The translations under genes and the position numbers were made by a program. The notes beneath the pieces are model-generated. The model saw only the letters and a program-made list of their open reading frames with translations, was not told where the DNA came from and searched no databases. Source: an uncultured Gemmatimonadales bacterium (GTDB lineage Bacteria; Gemmatimonadota; Gemmatimonadetes; Longimicrobiales; RSA9). From it: a DNA stretch of 64,000 nt. Below are positions 29,780-40,493 of this stretch, piece after piece (within the stretch, counting starts at the first letter, position 1; each line of letters starts with the position of its first letter). Location: the NCBI GenBank assembly GCA_963798845.1, contig CAWCUS010000006.1, forward strand, positions 1,216,001 through 1,280,000. The letters run 5' to 3'.

Positions 29780-32515
29780 TTACCTGCCCAGCCAGTAGGT
29801 GGCCTTGATCTGGAACACGTTCAGCGGCCGGTCGCGGAAGATGGCACCGCCGTCGCGGCCGAAGTCGAAGCGGCCGGACGGGTCGGTCCCGGCCCGCTCC
29901 TGCGTCCAGACGAAGAAGATCGTGGACCCCGGGCGGTATTCCCAGCGGAGCACGGCCGTGCCGCGCAGCGCCCGGGAGGTGAAGTCCGGGTTGTCGAAGG
30001 TGAAGGTGGCCGCGGGGCCGTCTCCATCCGGGTCGACGGTGTAGACCGCCTCCTGGTCGTCGTACGAGATGGTACCGGCGTCCTGGCCGTAGATGTTCTT
30101 GTCCAGCGTCCGGGGGGCGACGAACTCGCGGTATGACGAGTAGTCGCCGCTGGCGATGAACGGCTGCGCGAAGAGCTGGAGCGTGAGGTTCGGCGTGAAC
30201 GTCCAGTTGAGGCGCGTGTTCAGCGACAGCGTGTTGGTGGTGATGTAGGCGAACACGTAGCGCTCGCCGTAGAAGCTCGTGGCGGTCGGGTCGTCCACCG
30301 TGGCGACGTACTGCGCGGACGTCTCGTCGTGCGTGAAGCTGGGCGACAGCTGCAGGAAGACATTGGCGGCCGGCTTGAGGGCCAGGCCGGGCGAGAGCTG
30401 GTAGAAGCGCGTCCCATCGGTGAGGCCGCGCGACGCCTGCACGCCGAAGTCGAACACCGCGGGCGCGCGGGCGTCGGTGGATACTTCCAGGTTGACCACG
30501 TCGTAGCCGTCCCGCTTGACGACAGGTCCGCCCCGGGTGAGCCGGTCGTCGAGAGCCGTGCCGTTGCGAATGAAGAAGAAGCGCACGTTCCAGTAGTTGG
30601 GCAGCTCCATGCCGTAATACGCCTGGAGTGCCAGCTCGGTGCGGTCGCCGTCGTAGTTCCACTGGGTCGCGCCGCCGATGCTGGTGAAGATGGTGCGGTA
30701 CCAGCGGGTGGGCGTGGTCCAGTTCCCGCCGATGTTGCCGTTGAACCAGACGTAGTCGGAGCGGCTCAGGAACGCCAAGTCGTTCACTTCGAAGCCCGGG
30801 CTCCGGATGTTGGTCATGGCTTCCCAGAGCAGTGTGCCGTTGTCCTTCCCCACGCGCGAGAACAGGCCGTACCCCCGCATGGCGGTCCTGCCGGTGTCGT
30901 AGCCCGTGTCGAACAGTCCGTCGCCGCGGACGTCCCGGTCGGGGCGCTGGAAATAATGAGCGCTGGACTGCTGCGTGCGGGCCATGGCTTGCGCCGACCC
31001 GGCCACGCTGGACACCAGGGTGCTCCCCATCCACGAGTACTCGCGCCCCTTCCAGGTGTGGCGCCAGTCGACGCCCGCCGCCTCCGCGTGGCTGCGCAGC
31101 CGGTCGTGGATCAGCGGGTCATCGGTGTTCCTCGCCACGGACGTGAGGATGCCGCCCACCGTGGTCGCCCCCTCGCGCAGCTCCTTCTCGAGCCGGCCGA
31201 CGAAGTAGTTGCTGAGCGGCTCGACCACCTGCGTCTGCTCGGCCACGCCGGGCTCCGGCAGGAACGTGGCGGTCTCACGCGAGGTCACGGCGTCGAGCAG
31301 TCCCACCGTGTAGCCGCCGGACGTCCGCCCCGTGATCTTGGCGGCGCCCAGAATGCCCGTATTTTCCGGGGTCCGGGCGAACTCCGAGTTGTCGTCGATC
31401 CAGCCGTCGAGCTGCGGCGGGCGGCCGATGCGCCTCGAGTAGAACGCGCTCAGGCTGGACGTGTTGCTGCAGAACATGCAGCGCATGCCGCCGAACGAGA
31501 ACGCGCTGGAGCCCGCCACGAAGAACGGCCGCTTCTCGTCGTAGTACGTCTCGAAGGCGCTCAGGTTGAGTGTGGCCGGGTCCACCTCCACCTGCCCGAA
31601 GTCCGGGTTCACGGTGGCGTCGAGCGTCAGGTTGGACGTGAGCAGGTACTTGAGATCGCCGCCCATGGCAAAGCGCGTGTCACTGCCATCGTGGTACGGG
31701 TCTCCGGCGGGTGCGTGGCGGAACGTGTTGCCCGTGACCACGTACGGCAGCACCTCGAGCTGGCGAGGCCGGTGCGTGATGCTTATGCCCGTGAGGTCAC
31801 CGAAGAACGCCGGGCCCCCGGACTGGTCGCGGCGGCGGAACGACCACATGTCGTGCTCGTTGCGGCTGTCCACGTAGCGCCAGATCTGCATCCCCCACGT
31901 CTGAACGGAGTCGCGCGAAAAGCGGAGCTGGCTGTACGGGATCCGCATCTCGGCCGTCCAGCCGTCGCCATCAACGTCCGCCGCGGCGTCCCAGATCGGG
32001 TCCCAGGACGCGTCGCCGTTCAGCTGGTCCCCCTTCACCCCGGCCGGGTTGACCTCGAACCAGACCTCGTCCAGGCGGTTGTGATAGGGGTCGAGCAGGA
32101 TGATGATCTTGTCCGTGGTCAGCGAGTTGAACGAGCCGTTGTTCCCGTCCGCGTCCAGGAGCTGGTCCCGCCTCGCCAGCGGCGCCACCACCCCGCCCGG
32201 CTGCGCCATCCGCGCCCCCACGTAGAGCGCGGTGCGACCGTACAGGATTCGCACTTCCGTGGCCTTCGATGCCGGCTCCCCCTCGTCTGGCTGCGACTGG
32301 CGCAGGCCGGTGATCGATGGCGCCGCCTGCCAGGCCGCTTCATCGAGCCGACCGTCGATGACGATGTCGTCACCGTCGGTGGGCGCGGCCGTGGCCACGG
32401 GACGTACGGAGCTGGCATCGGGCACCTGAGCGTGGCGAGCCGCCTGGGCCGGCAGGGAAACGGGGAGCGCAAGGGCGCCCACGACGAGGGCAGTGCCGCA
32501 GAGCGATCGGGTCAT
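29780..32515 (-). CDS. CBM9-like + DUF5916 outer-membrane protein
   Basis: IDGRLDEAAW, WTAEMRIPYSQLRF, TVNPDFGQVE.D, EKRPFF, RWEYRPGS. Confidence 0.85.
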   Translation of the reverse strand: MTRSLCGTALVVGALALPVSLPAQAARHAQVPDASSVRPVATAAPTDGDDIVIDGRLDEAAWQAAPSITGLRQSQPDEGEPASKATEVRILYGRTALYVGARMAQPGGVVAPLARRDQLLDADGNNGSFNSLTTDKIIILLDPYHNRLDEVWFEVNPAGVKGDQLNGDASWDPIWDAAADVDGDGWTAEMRIPYSQLRFSRDSVQTWGMQIWRYVDSRNEHDMWSFRRRDQSGGPAFFGDLTGISITHRPRQLEVLPYVVTGNTFRHAPAGDPYHDGSDTRFAMGGDLKYLLTSNLTLDATVNPDFGQVEVDPATLNLSAFETYYDEKRPFFVAGSSAFSFGGMRCMFCSNTSSLSAFYSRRIGRPPQLDGWIDDNSEFARTPENTGILGAAKITGRTSGGYTVGLLDAVTSRETATFLPEPGVAEQTQVVEPLSNYFVGRLEKELREGATTVGGILTSVARNTDDPLIHDRLRSHAEAAGVDWRHTWKGREYSWMGSTLVSSVAGSAQAMARTQQSSAHYFQRPDRDVRGDGLFDTGYDTGRTAMRGYGLFSRVGKDNGTLLWEAMTNIRSPGFEVNDLAFLSRSDYVWFNGNIGGNWTTPTRWYRTIFTSIGGATQWNYDGDRTELALQAYYGMELPNYWNVRFFFIRNGTALDDRLTRGGPVVKRDGYDVVNLEVSTDARAPAVFDFGVQASRGLTDGTRFYQLSPGLALKPAANVFLQLSPSFTHDETSAQYVATVDDPTATSFYGERYVFAYITTNTLSLNTRLNWTFTPNLTLQLFAQPFIASGDYSSYREFVAPRTLDKNIYGQDAGTISYDDQEAVYTVDPDGDGPAATFTFDNPDFTSRALRGTAVLRWEYRPGSTIFFVWTQERAGTDPSGRFDFGRDGGAIFRDRPLNVFQIKATYWLGR

Positions 32516-32762
32516 GGGACGTTCTGGCTGGAGTGCGGGTAACGGCTTCGAACCTTGGACACTACGGACGCCGCGAGGGTTGGGTGTCACGAGGCCGGTC
32601 CCCGACGCGACCCCTGGCAGGCGCACGGGGAAACCCGGTCCCGCCGGTCCCACGACGTGAACGAACGAGGCCGCCGGCTTGTGACCGCCGCCGGCCGGGA
32701 CCACATTGGAGGAGGCGATGCGCCGGCGGTCCGGCCATCCCGCAGACCCTCGGAGGCGCACG

Positions 32763-33500
32763 ATGGCGGCTTTCACCGAGGTGGCGCCCGGCCTGCTCCG
32801 GCTGGCGCTCCTCCCGCTCGACCTGGTCAACGTCTACCTGATGGGGGACGTGCTCGTGGACGCCGGCGCCCCCCGGGGCCACTCGCGCATCCTGCGGGCG
32901 CTGCGCCGCAAGCGGGTGGCGGGCGTGGCCCTGACCCACGGCCACTTCGATCACCACGGCGGAGCGCACGCCGTGTGCGAGGTGCTGGGGGTCCCGCTGG
33001 CGTGCGGAGAGGCGGAGCGCACGGCCGTCGAGACCGGCGATGCATCCACCCTCTACCGGGATCCCGAGCGCGCCATCGCCCGCTTGGCCCGACGCCTCGC
33101 GGGGCCGGGCCACCCGGTCGCGCGGGTGCTCCGCGAGGGCGACGTCGTCGGCGGGTTCACGGTCCTCGAGACGCCGGGGCACACGCCCGGGCACCTGGCG
33201 TTCTGGCGGGAAGGGGACCGGGTCCTGGTGCTGGGAGACGTCCTGTTCCACCGCAATCCCCTGACGCTCCGCCACGGCCTCGCCTGGCCGTACCGCTTCC
33301 TCGTCCACGACTACGAGCGGAACATCGCGGCGGCGAGGCGCCTGGCCGATCTGGAGCCGGCCGTGGTCTGCTTCGGGCACGGCGAGCCGCTCCGCGACGG
33401 GCGCGCTTTCCAGCGCTTCGCCAGGCTCGAGCTCACCGTGGTGGCCCATCGACGCCGCGACTTCGCCGTCGCCCCCTCTCCGCTTCAGCGCGCAGGCTGA
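32763..33500 (+). CDS. MBL-fold metallo-hydrolase
   Basis: THGHFDH, TPGHTPG, LGD, GHG. Confidence 0.88.
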   Translation: MAAFTEVAPGLLRLALLPLDLVNVYLMGDVLVDAGAPRGHSRILRALRRKRVAGVALTHGHFDHHGGAHAVCEVLGVPLACGEAERTAVETGDASTLYRDPERAIARLARRLAGPGHPVARVLREGDVVGGFTVLETPGHTPGHLAFWREGDRVLVLGDVLFHRNPLTLRHGLAWPYRFLVHDYERNIAAARRLADLEPAVVCFGHGEPLRDGRAFQRFARLELTVVAHRRRDFAVAPSPLQRAG

Positions 33501-33528
33501 GGGGACTGCCGGGCTGCCGGCTCCCCGC

Positions 33529-34059
33529 TCAGGCGTCCGCGGGCTCGGGGCGCGACGGCTCGAACAGTGTCCGCCATTCTGCCGGGATCTCGGTCATGCC
33601 CGCGATGTGGCGGAACTGCTCGGGCGGGACGGGGACCTCCGTGAACTCGGCCTCGGCCACCAGCCGCCCCCGCTGGTCGCGGGCTTCCGCGTGGACCCGT
33701 CCCCGTCCCGGCTCCGGCTGGGAGTCGACGAGGCGGGCGCGCAGCGTGAGCTCGTGGCCGACGGGGGCGGCCCGGTGGTAGGCGACGGTGGCCGCGCCCA
33801 GCAGCCAGTACTTGCCGTCCCTCGGCCCCAGCACGGCCATGACCCATGTGGCGAGGCAGTCCATGGCGGTGAAGAGCGCGCCGCCGTGGGTGAGGCCTGG
33901 GAATCCGCTGGCGTGCGCGGACGGACGGAAGGCGGCCTGGAGGCCGCGGGGGTCCCCGTCGTCGAGCATGACTTCGATGCGCAGCCCGTGGGGGTTCTCG
34001 TGACCGCATCCGAAGCAGGCGTTCCCCGGCAGCCGCTCGCGGTTCAGGATCTCGGGCAT
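33529..34059 (-). CDS. PaaI-family (hotdog) thioesterase
   Basis: CFGCG..NP.GL, HGG.....D. Confidence 0.85.
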   Translation of the reverse strand: MPEILNRERLPGNACFGCGHENPHGLRIEVMLDDGDPRGLQAAFRPSAHASGFPGLTHGGALFTAMDCLATWVMAVLGPRDGKYWLLGAATVAYHRAAPVGHELTLRARLVDSQPEPGRGRVHAEARDQRGRLVAEAEFTEVPVPPEQFRHIAGMTEIPAEWRTLFEPSRPEPADA

Positions 34060-34152
34060 GGCGCCGTCCCCTCCGGCAGAGCCGGGTTGCTGGTCGATGG
34101 CGTACACCGTCACATTCCGGGAACTTCCACCCACCCCGGAGCATGACCGGTG

Positions 34153-35694
34153 ATGACGCGGTTTCTGATGGCAGGTCTCGTGGCGACCGTGGCGATGACC
34201 GCCACGCCGGTCGCCGCCCAGGATGAAGATGCGGACACGGCAAGAACCGTCCCGGAGGAGACGGCGGCGGTGACCCGGCACGCGGTCAGGGTCGACGGGC
34301 AGACGATCCGGTACACGGCGACCGTGGGCAACCTCCTCCTCCACGACGACGATGGCGACCCGACGGCCAGCGTCTTCTACATCGCCTACACGAAGGACGA
34401 CGCCGGGCCGGCGCGGCGCCCGGTGACGTTCCTGTACAACGGCGGGCCGGGATCGGCGAGCATCTGGCTGCACATGGGGTCGTTCGCGCCGGTGCGGGTG
34501 GTGACGGAGAACGCCGGTGCGGGATCGCCCGCGCCGTACACCCTGGTGCCGAACGCCCAGAGTCTGATCGACCGGACGGACCTGGTGTTCATCGACGCCG
34601 TGGGGACGGGCTACAGCCGGATCGTGGGGGAAGGCGAGGCGGACGACTTCTTCGGCGTGGACCAGGATGTCCGGGCGTTCGCCGACTTCATCGGCCGCTG
34701 GGTGACGGAGAACCGCCGCTGGAACTCGCCGAAGTTCCTGCTGGGCGAGTCGTACGGCACCACTCGCTCGGCCGGACTGGCGGCGCTGCTGGACCGGCGG
34801 GGGATGCCGATGAACGGCGTGGTCCTGGTGTCGTCGTGGCTGGACGGGTACGTCGACTTCGGGAACCCGCCGTTCGCTCTGGACCTTCCCTACATCCTCT
34901 ATCTCCCCACCATGGCCGCCACGGCGTGGTACCACGAGAAGCTGCCGGGTGAGCGAGGCGGGCTGGAGCCGTTCCTGGACGAGGTCCGCAGCTTCGCCAT
35001 CGGCGACTACGCCCACGCCCTCGCCCTGGGCGCGCGCCTCTCCGATGCCGCGCGCGACTCCATTGCGCAGACGCTCCACCGGTACACCGGCCTCGCCGTG
35101 GACTTCATTCGCGAGGCCGACCTGCGGATCACGCCCGGGAGATTCGAGAAGGAGCTGCTGCGCGGCGAGCGGCGCACCGTGGGCCGGCTGGACTCCCGCT
35201 ATCTCGGGATCGACCACGATGCCGCGGGCGAGTCTCCGGAATACGACGCGTCCGACGCTGCCATCAACGGCGCGTTCACGACCGCTTTCAACGACTATCT
35301 CCGGACTGAGCTCGAGTACGAGGCGGACGCGGCGCGCCGCTATCGCACCAGCGGGGACGTGGGGGAGTGGGACTGGCACCACCGGACCCTGGGCGGGCGC
35401 TATCCCATGTTCGACGTGTCCGAGGACCTGCGGCAGGCCATGACCCGGAACCCGCGGCTCCAGGTGTTTTCGGCCAACGGCTACTTCGACTTCGCGACCC
35501 CGTTCTTCGAGACCGAGTACACCCTCGACCACATGGGGCTCGACCCGTCGCTGCGCGGCAACATCCATTACGGCTACTACCGGTCCGGGCACATGATCTA
35601 CCTGAACCCGGACGCCCTCGCGGCCATGAAGAAGGACCTCGGCGCGTTCTACGACGCGGTGCTGGCGCGGCCGACGCCGCCGGGCGGGGACTGA
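34153..35694 (+). CDS. S10 serine carboxypeptidase, secreted
   Basis: NGGPG, GESYG, NGYFD..TP, SGHMIY. Confidence 0.92.
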   Translation: MTRFLMAGLVATVAMTATPVAAQDEDADTARTVPEETAAVTRHAVRVDGQTIRYTATVGNLLLHDDDGDPTASVFYIAYTKDDAGPARRPVTFLYNGGPGSASIWLHMGSFAPVRVVTENAGAGSPAPYTLVPNAQSLIDRTDLVFIDAVGTGYSRIVGEGEADDFFGVDQDVRAFADFIGRWVTENRRWNSPKFLLGESYGTTRSAGLAALLDRRGMPMNGVVLVSSWLDGYVDFGNPPFALDLPYILYLPTMAATAWYHEKLPGERGGLEPFLDEVRSFAIGDYAHALALGARLSDAARDSIAQTLHRYTGLAVDFIREADLRITPGRFEKELLRGERRTVGRLDSRYLGIDHDAAGESPEYDASDAAINGAFTTAFNDYLRTELEYEADAARRYRTSGDVGEWDWHHRTLGGRYPMFDVSEDLRQAMTRNPRLQVFSANGYFDFATPFFETEYTLDHMGLDPSLRGNIHYGYYRSGHMIYLNPDALAAMKKDLGAFYDAVLARPTPPGGD

Positions 35695-35762
35695 GGCGCC
35701 ACGGACCGCCTCGCAGCCACGGGCGGAGGGGCGGGCGCCGGTCGGCGCCCGCCCCGAGCCGC

Positions 35763-36626
35763 TCAGTCGGCGTCGCTCCAGCTCAGCTGGGTCAGCCCGA
35801 TCCGGTACTCCTTGGCCTGGGAGTCGTGCGTGATCCGGTAGGCGGACGGGTACCAGCCCGATTCCGGTCGAAGCTGCGGCGCCCGCACCGGGATCACCTC
35901 GTCGCTCGCCGCCAGCAGGTAGGCGCGGGTGATCATCGGCTCGAGGAACGTGAACTCGCCATCCCACGAGCCGTAGACGAACGTCCTGGTGAACGGCTGG
36001 TAGTTCTCGGGATGGCCGAGCATCCCCTGCAGCTCGGGCGCGAGCAGGTCGCTCCAGTGGACGCCCATCTGCGGGACGGCCACGGACGCCGCGTCGCTTC
36101 CGGGAGGCGCGAGCACGGCGTAGAGGCTGGGGACGTAGCCGCCGGTCGGAAGGTTGTTCGCCTCGGTGGCGAAGTTCGGGTCCGACGGGAGGATCATCGC
36201 CACTTCGGCCCACGGGACGACGTAGAAGTGGAAGTCGAAGTGGGGGACCGTGTAGACGCCCTCCGGGACGTGTCCGTGGGAGTTCCAGTCCAGCATCGCG
36301 AACGTGTAGGGCGCCGGCGCGCGCGCGGGCAACGGCAGCATGTACGCCGTGGAGCCCTCGGCCGGCAGTCCGCTCAACGCCTGCTCGTCCAGCGCGATGC
36401 CGATCTCGAGCGGCGAGCCGCCGTCCTTCTCGTCCAGCACCACGTACGTCCGGGCCATCCCCTGCCCGACCCGGACCGGCGTGCCGTACTGCCTGTGGGC
36501 GCCCGGGACGTCGTAGCCGGCGCGGGCCATGGCGGCGCCGTCGGGCGCGATGGGGGTGGTGGCGGTGTCGCAGGCGGCAGCCGAGAGCGTCGCCAGTACA
36601 ATGGGGACGAGCCGAAGAGTTCGCAT
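35763..36626 (-). CDS. DUF5602 (TTHB210-like) lipoprotein
   Basis: AAAC lipobox; WN.HGH.P..Y..PHFDFHFY, VPQMGVHW, F.EPMIT. Confidence 0.75.
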   Translation of the reverse strand: MRTLRLVPIVLATLSAAACDTATTPIAPDGAAMARAGYDVPGAHRQYGTPVRVGQGMARTYVVLDEKDGGSPLEIGIALDEQALSGLPAEGSTAYMLPLPARAPAPYTFAMLDWNSHGHVPEGVYTVPHFDFHFYVVPWAEVAMILPSDPNFATEANNLPTGGYVPSLYAVLAPPGSDAASVAVPQMGVHWSDLLAPELQGMLGHPENYQPFTRTFVYGSWDGEFTFLEPMITRAYLLAASDEVIPVRAPQLRPESGWYPSAYRITHDSQAKEYRIGLTQLSWSDAD

Positions 36627-36975
36627 TGAACAGACCTCATCACTGAGGGGAATAACCCCGCTGCGCGGGGAGGAGCCCAGCGTTGATGCGGTGGCGGAGG
36701 GGCGCGCGACGGCACGAGCCGGAGGAAAATCTTCCGCCACCGCGGACCGGATGATCCGACCCGGGGAGGTCGGCGCCGACCTCGATTCAGCCCCGGGAGG
36801 TCCGGAATATGGATGGCGCCCCCACCGGGCGGAAGCCCCCCCGGGGCCGCGACCCGCCATGGACGCCCGTGGGCGGGTCGAGCTACCATGTGGTGCACGC
36901 ACGCCCAGGCGGATCCGCGGCCTGCCGGCTCATCGAGTGACGAGCCGGGCCCTCCTCCCCGACCAGAACACGGCC

Positions 36976-38784
36976 ATGATCTCTCTCCCGACGACTTCTC
37001 CTCCCCGGCAACGATCGCCGCTCACCGTCAGGACGGGGCGGCCCGGGAGCGCGCCCCTGCCCCGCCGACGGCTGCGCGGGCTCGCTCCCGCGCTGGCGGC
37101 AGCACTCACCACGGCGCTCGCGCCGGGGTTGGCCGGGCCTGCCGCGGCCCAGTCCTTCGCCGTGTCCTTCCCCGCATCCGCCCACGCAGGCCCGATCACG
37201 GGACGGGTGTTCGTGGTGGTAGCGCGGGACTCCGCGCCCGAGCCGCGGGTGCTGGCCGGATCGTTCGCGCAGACCACGCCGCTGTTCGGCATGGACGTCA
37301 GCGACCTGGCGCCGGGGGAGACCGCGGTCCTGGACGGCTCCACGCCAGGATACCCGGTGGACTCGCCGGCCGAGCTTCCGGAAGGGGACTACTGGGCGCA
37401 GGCGATCCTGAACGTGTACACGCAGTTCCACCGCGCGGACGGCCACGTGATCTGGGCGCACATGGACCAGTGGGAGGGGCAGCGCTTCAACCGATCGCCG
37501 GGAAACCTCGTGAGCGACCCGGTGCGGGTCCACATCGCCCGCGGCGGGGCCGAGCCGATCCGGCTCAGGCTCACCCGCGTGCTCCCGCCGGTGACAGTGC
37601 CGCCGGAAACCGGGTGGGTGAAGCGGGTGAGAATCGAGAGCCCGATGCTGACCAGGTTCTGGGGGCACCCGATGTACCTCGGTGCGACGGTGCTGCTGCC
37701 GAAGGGGTACGAGGAGCACCCGGATGCGCGCTACCCCGTCGTCTACATCCAGGGGCATTTCGGGCTGGGAGCGCCGTTCGGCTTCAGCACGGACAGCGTG
37801 CCTGTGCCGCCCGGGATGCGATCGCTGCTGGATGAGTACAACCTGGAGAGCGGCTACGACTTCTACCGGCAGTGGACGTCGGACGACTTCCCGCGGATGA
37901 TCGCGGTGACGTTCCAGCACCCCACGCCGTACTTCGACGACTCCTACGCGGTCAACTCCGCGAACAACGGTCCGTACGGCGACGCGCTGCTGCACGAGCT
38001 GATCCCGTACCTGGAGTCGCACTTCCGCATGATCGCGGAGCCGTATGCGCGCGTGCTCACCGGAGGCTCCACCGGCGGGTGGGAATCACTGGCGCTCCAG
38101 GTTCACCACCCGGACTTCTTCGGCGGCACATGGACGCTGTACCCGGATCCCGTGGATTTCCGGCATTACGGACTCGTGGACGCCTACGCCGATTCCAACG
38201 CATTCATCGTGGGGGATCCCGGCAGCCAGCCGTTCAGCCCCGTGAGCGAGTGGTTCCACCCCGAGCGGTACGTCATGCGCGGTAACGACGGGCAGCCGCT
38301 CCTCACGATGCGGCAGATGAGCCGGCTGGAGAGCGTGCTCGGGAGCCACGGCCGCTCCGGCGAGCAGCTGGAGGCGTGGGAGGCTGTGTACGGCCCGGTG
38401 GGCGAGGACGGGTACCCGGTTCCGCTGTGGGACAAGGCGACGGGTCGGATCGACCACGACGTCGCCGCCTACATGCGCGAGCACGGCTACGACCTGCGCG
38501 CCTACCTCGACGCGAACTGGGCCACGGTGGGCCCGAAGCTGGCCGACAAGATCCACGTCGACGTGGGCGACATGGACAACTTCTACCTCAACCTGGCCGT
38601 CATGGACCTGGAGCGTTTCCTGGCGACGACCACGGACCCGCACGTCCCCGGCGTCTTCCACTACGGCCGGCCGGGCAAGGGACACGGGTGGGAGCACACC
38701 ACCCCCGCGGGGCTGGTCCGCGAGATGGCTGCCGCCATCGCCCGGCACGCGCCGGCGGACGCGGCGGCATCGACGCGACCGTAG
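36976..38784 (+). CDS. Secreted alpha/beta-hydrolase (putative esterase)
   Basis: VLLPKGY, YAVNSANNGPYGD, GGSTGGW nucleophile elbow; start uncertain. Confidence 0.8.
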   Translation: MISLPTTSPPRQRSPLTVRTGRPGSAPLPRRRLRGLAPALAAALTTALAPGLAGPAAAQSFAVSFPASAHAGPITGRVFVVVARDSAPEPRVLAGSFAQTTPLFGMDVSDLAPGETAVLDGSTPGYPVDSPAELPEGDYWAQAILNVYTQFHRADGHVIWAHMDQWEGQRFNRSPGNLVSDPVRVHIARGGAEPIRLRLTRVLPPVTVPPETGWVKRVRIESPMLTRFWGHPMYLGATVLLPKGYEEHPDARYPVVYIQGHFGLGAPFGFSTDSVPVPPGMRSLLDEYNLESGYDFYRQWTSDDFPRMIAVTFQHPTPYFDDSYAVNSANNGPYGDALLHELIPYLESHFRMIAEPYARVLTGGSTGGWESLALQVHHPDFFGGTWTLYPDPVDFRHYGLVDAYADSNAFIVGDPGSQPFSPVSEWFHPERYVMRGNDGQPLLTMRQMSRLESVLGSHGRSGEQLEAWEAVYGPVGEDGYPVPLWDKATGRIDHDVAAYMREHGYDLRAYLDANWATVGPKLADKIHVDVGDMDNFYLNLAVMDLERFLATTTDPHVPGVFHYGRPGKGHGWEHTTPAGLVREMAAAIARHAPADAAASTRP

Positions 38785-38885
38785 CCGACGGCACGGCAGA
38801 TGGCGGTTGACACCCGCGCGCGGCGCGGTGCGTATTGATGCGCGTCATCAAGACCCTGGCGCAACCTGGAGACTGGAAGGCCTGA

Positions 38886-39035
38886 ATGAGCGCTCTGCTG
38901 TGGATCGGCGTGGTCCTGCTCATCCTCTGGATCGTCGCCGTCGTGCTGTTCAAGGTGGCGGGGTTCCTCATCCACCTGGCCCTGATCGTCGGCGTGATCC
39001 TGCTCGTGGTCTGGTTCATTCGCAGGATGCTCTGA
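38886..39035 (+). CDS. Small membrane protein (lmo0937/DUF5670-like, 49 aa; absent from the ORF track)
   Basis: LLWIGVVLLILW...AGFLIHLALIVGVI. Confidence 0.7.
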   Translation: MSALLWIGVVLLILWIVAVVLFKVAGFLIHLALIVGVILLVVWFIRRML

Positions 39036-39098
39036 CCGATCGGCTGCGGCGGAGGCGACGAGCGCCCCGGAGCGCCCGGCGTCCCCGCCGCGGCGCCG

Positions 39099-40193
39099 CT
39101 ACTGACGCCGGTAGTGGTCGAACACCGTGAGCACAGGGCGAGGCGAGCAATCCTCGCGGAAGAAGTCGCTGGGGCACCCCGTGGCCGGCTCCCACCAGAA
39201 GACGCCCTTGATGCGGCGGCTGGAGATGCCCAGCAGCGTCTGCGTCACGGCCTCCAGGAACGCTTTCCGCGGGCCGCCCGGGGCGTCCTCGGCGTACGGC
39301 GGCCGCCGGTCCTGCTGGCGGTAGACGTCCGGGCGGTATCCCACCTCCACGAGGATGACGTCCTTGCCCGGGAAGTTGGCGAGGATGGAGAGAAAGTTGT
39401 CCCGGAGCTCCAGCAGGTTGCCGTGCCACCAGGGATAGTATGAGAACCCGATGATGTCGTACGGGAGGCCGTAGGAGTCGAAGCGCTCGAAGAAGCCGCG
39501 CGCGGCGTCGGTGTCGGCGCCGTTGTCGTAGTGGACCATGAGGAGCGGGCGGGGCTCGCGGCCGCGCGCGGCGTCGATGCCGTCCAGGGCGGCGTCGTAC
39601 AGGGCGGCGAAGTCATCCCAGTGCTCGGGTAGCTTCCCCAGCGGCCACATCATGCCGACGCGCACCTCGTTCCCGATCTGCACCATGTCCGGCGTCACGC
39701 CCGCATCCATGAACGCGCGGTATGTCTGGCGGGTGTAGGCGTAGACGGAGTCCGACAGCATCTGGATGTCCGCGGTGTCCCACGCAGCCGGCGTGATCTG
39801 GTGCTGCGGGTCCGCCCACGTGTCGGAGAAGTGGTAGTCCAGCAGGAAGCGGTACCCCTTCGCCTTCGCAGCCTGCGCCAGCGCGATGGTGTACGCCAGG
39901 TCGTTGGGCAGCTCGTCCGGGTCGTGGAACACCCGCAAGCGGATCCAGTCGTAGCCGTGGTCCCTGAAGATGTCGAGCGCCGGGCGCACCTGCCCATCCA
40001 CGTCCTTGAAGCGCACACCCCGGTCCTCCGCCGCCTTCACGAACGACAGGTCGGCTCCGACGGCGAAGGTGATGTCCGTGTCGGCGCCCGACTGCCGCGG
40101 CGCCTGTGCGGCCGCGCCGGTCGCCATCGAGACCACGAGCAGCGGGAGCGCGAGGAGGGGAGGAAATCGGGTCGGTACGGCTGCGGGTGTCAC
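39099..40193 (-). CDS. GH53 endo-beta-1,4-galactanase
   Basis: GADLS, IRLRVF, DYHFSDTWADP, MVQIGNE, GFSYYP.WHG, FWWEP. Confidence 0.9.
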   Translation of the reverse strand: MTPAAVPTRFPPLLALPLLVVSMATGAAAQAPRQSGADTDITFAVGADLSFVKAAEDRGVRFKDVDGQVRPALDIFRDHGYDWIRLRVFHDPDELPNDLAYTIALAQAAKAKGYRFLLDYHFSDTWADPQHQITPAAWDTADIQMLSDSVYAYTRQTYRAFMDAGVTPDMVQIGNEVRVGMMWPLGKLPEHWDDFAALYDAALDGIDAARGREPRPLLMVHYDNGADTDAARGFFERFDSYGLPYDIIGFSYYPWWHGNLLELRDNFLSILANFPGKDVILVEVGYRPDVYRQQDRRPPYAEDAPGGPRKAFLEAVTQTLLGISSRRIKGVFWWEPATGCPSDFFREDCSPRPVLTVFDHYRRQ

Positions 40194-40493
40194 GGGCGGC
40201 ACCTCCTGTCGTTTCGGGGTCACCGAGGCGCCAGCCGGGCGGCGCCTCCTGCGGGTCGACTCTTCGCCTGGGGAGGCGTCTTTCGGTGACGGCGAGACCG
40301 CGGTCCTCCATCGATCGGCGCCGTCCGTGGCCGTGATCCCGCGACTCACGGCCAGGTTGCGCCTCCAAATATATCGGCGCAGCGGCTCGGTGGCCTGCCG
40401 GCTCGGGCCGAGGGGGTCCTGGACGCCCGAGTCCCGGCGCCCTTTCCCGGGCAGCGGTTGCGCCGCCGCGGCGCTGCCGCCTAGCATCCCCGC

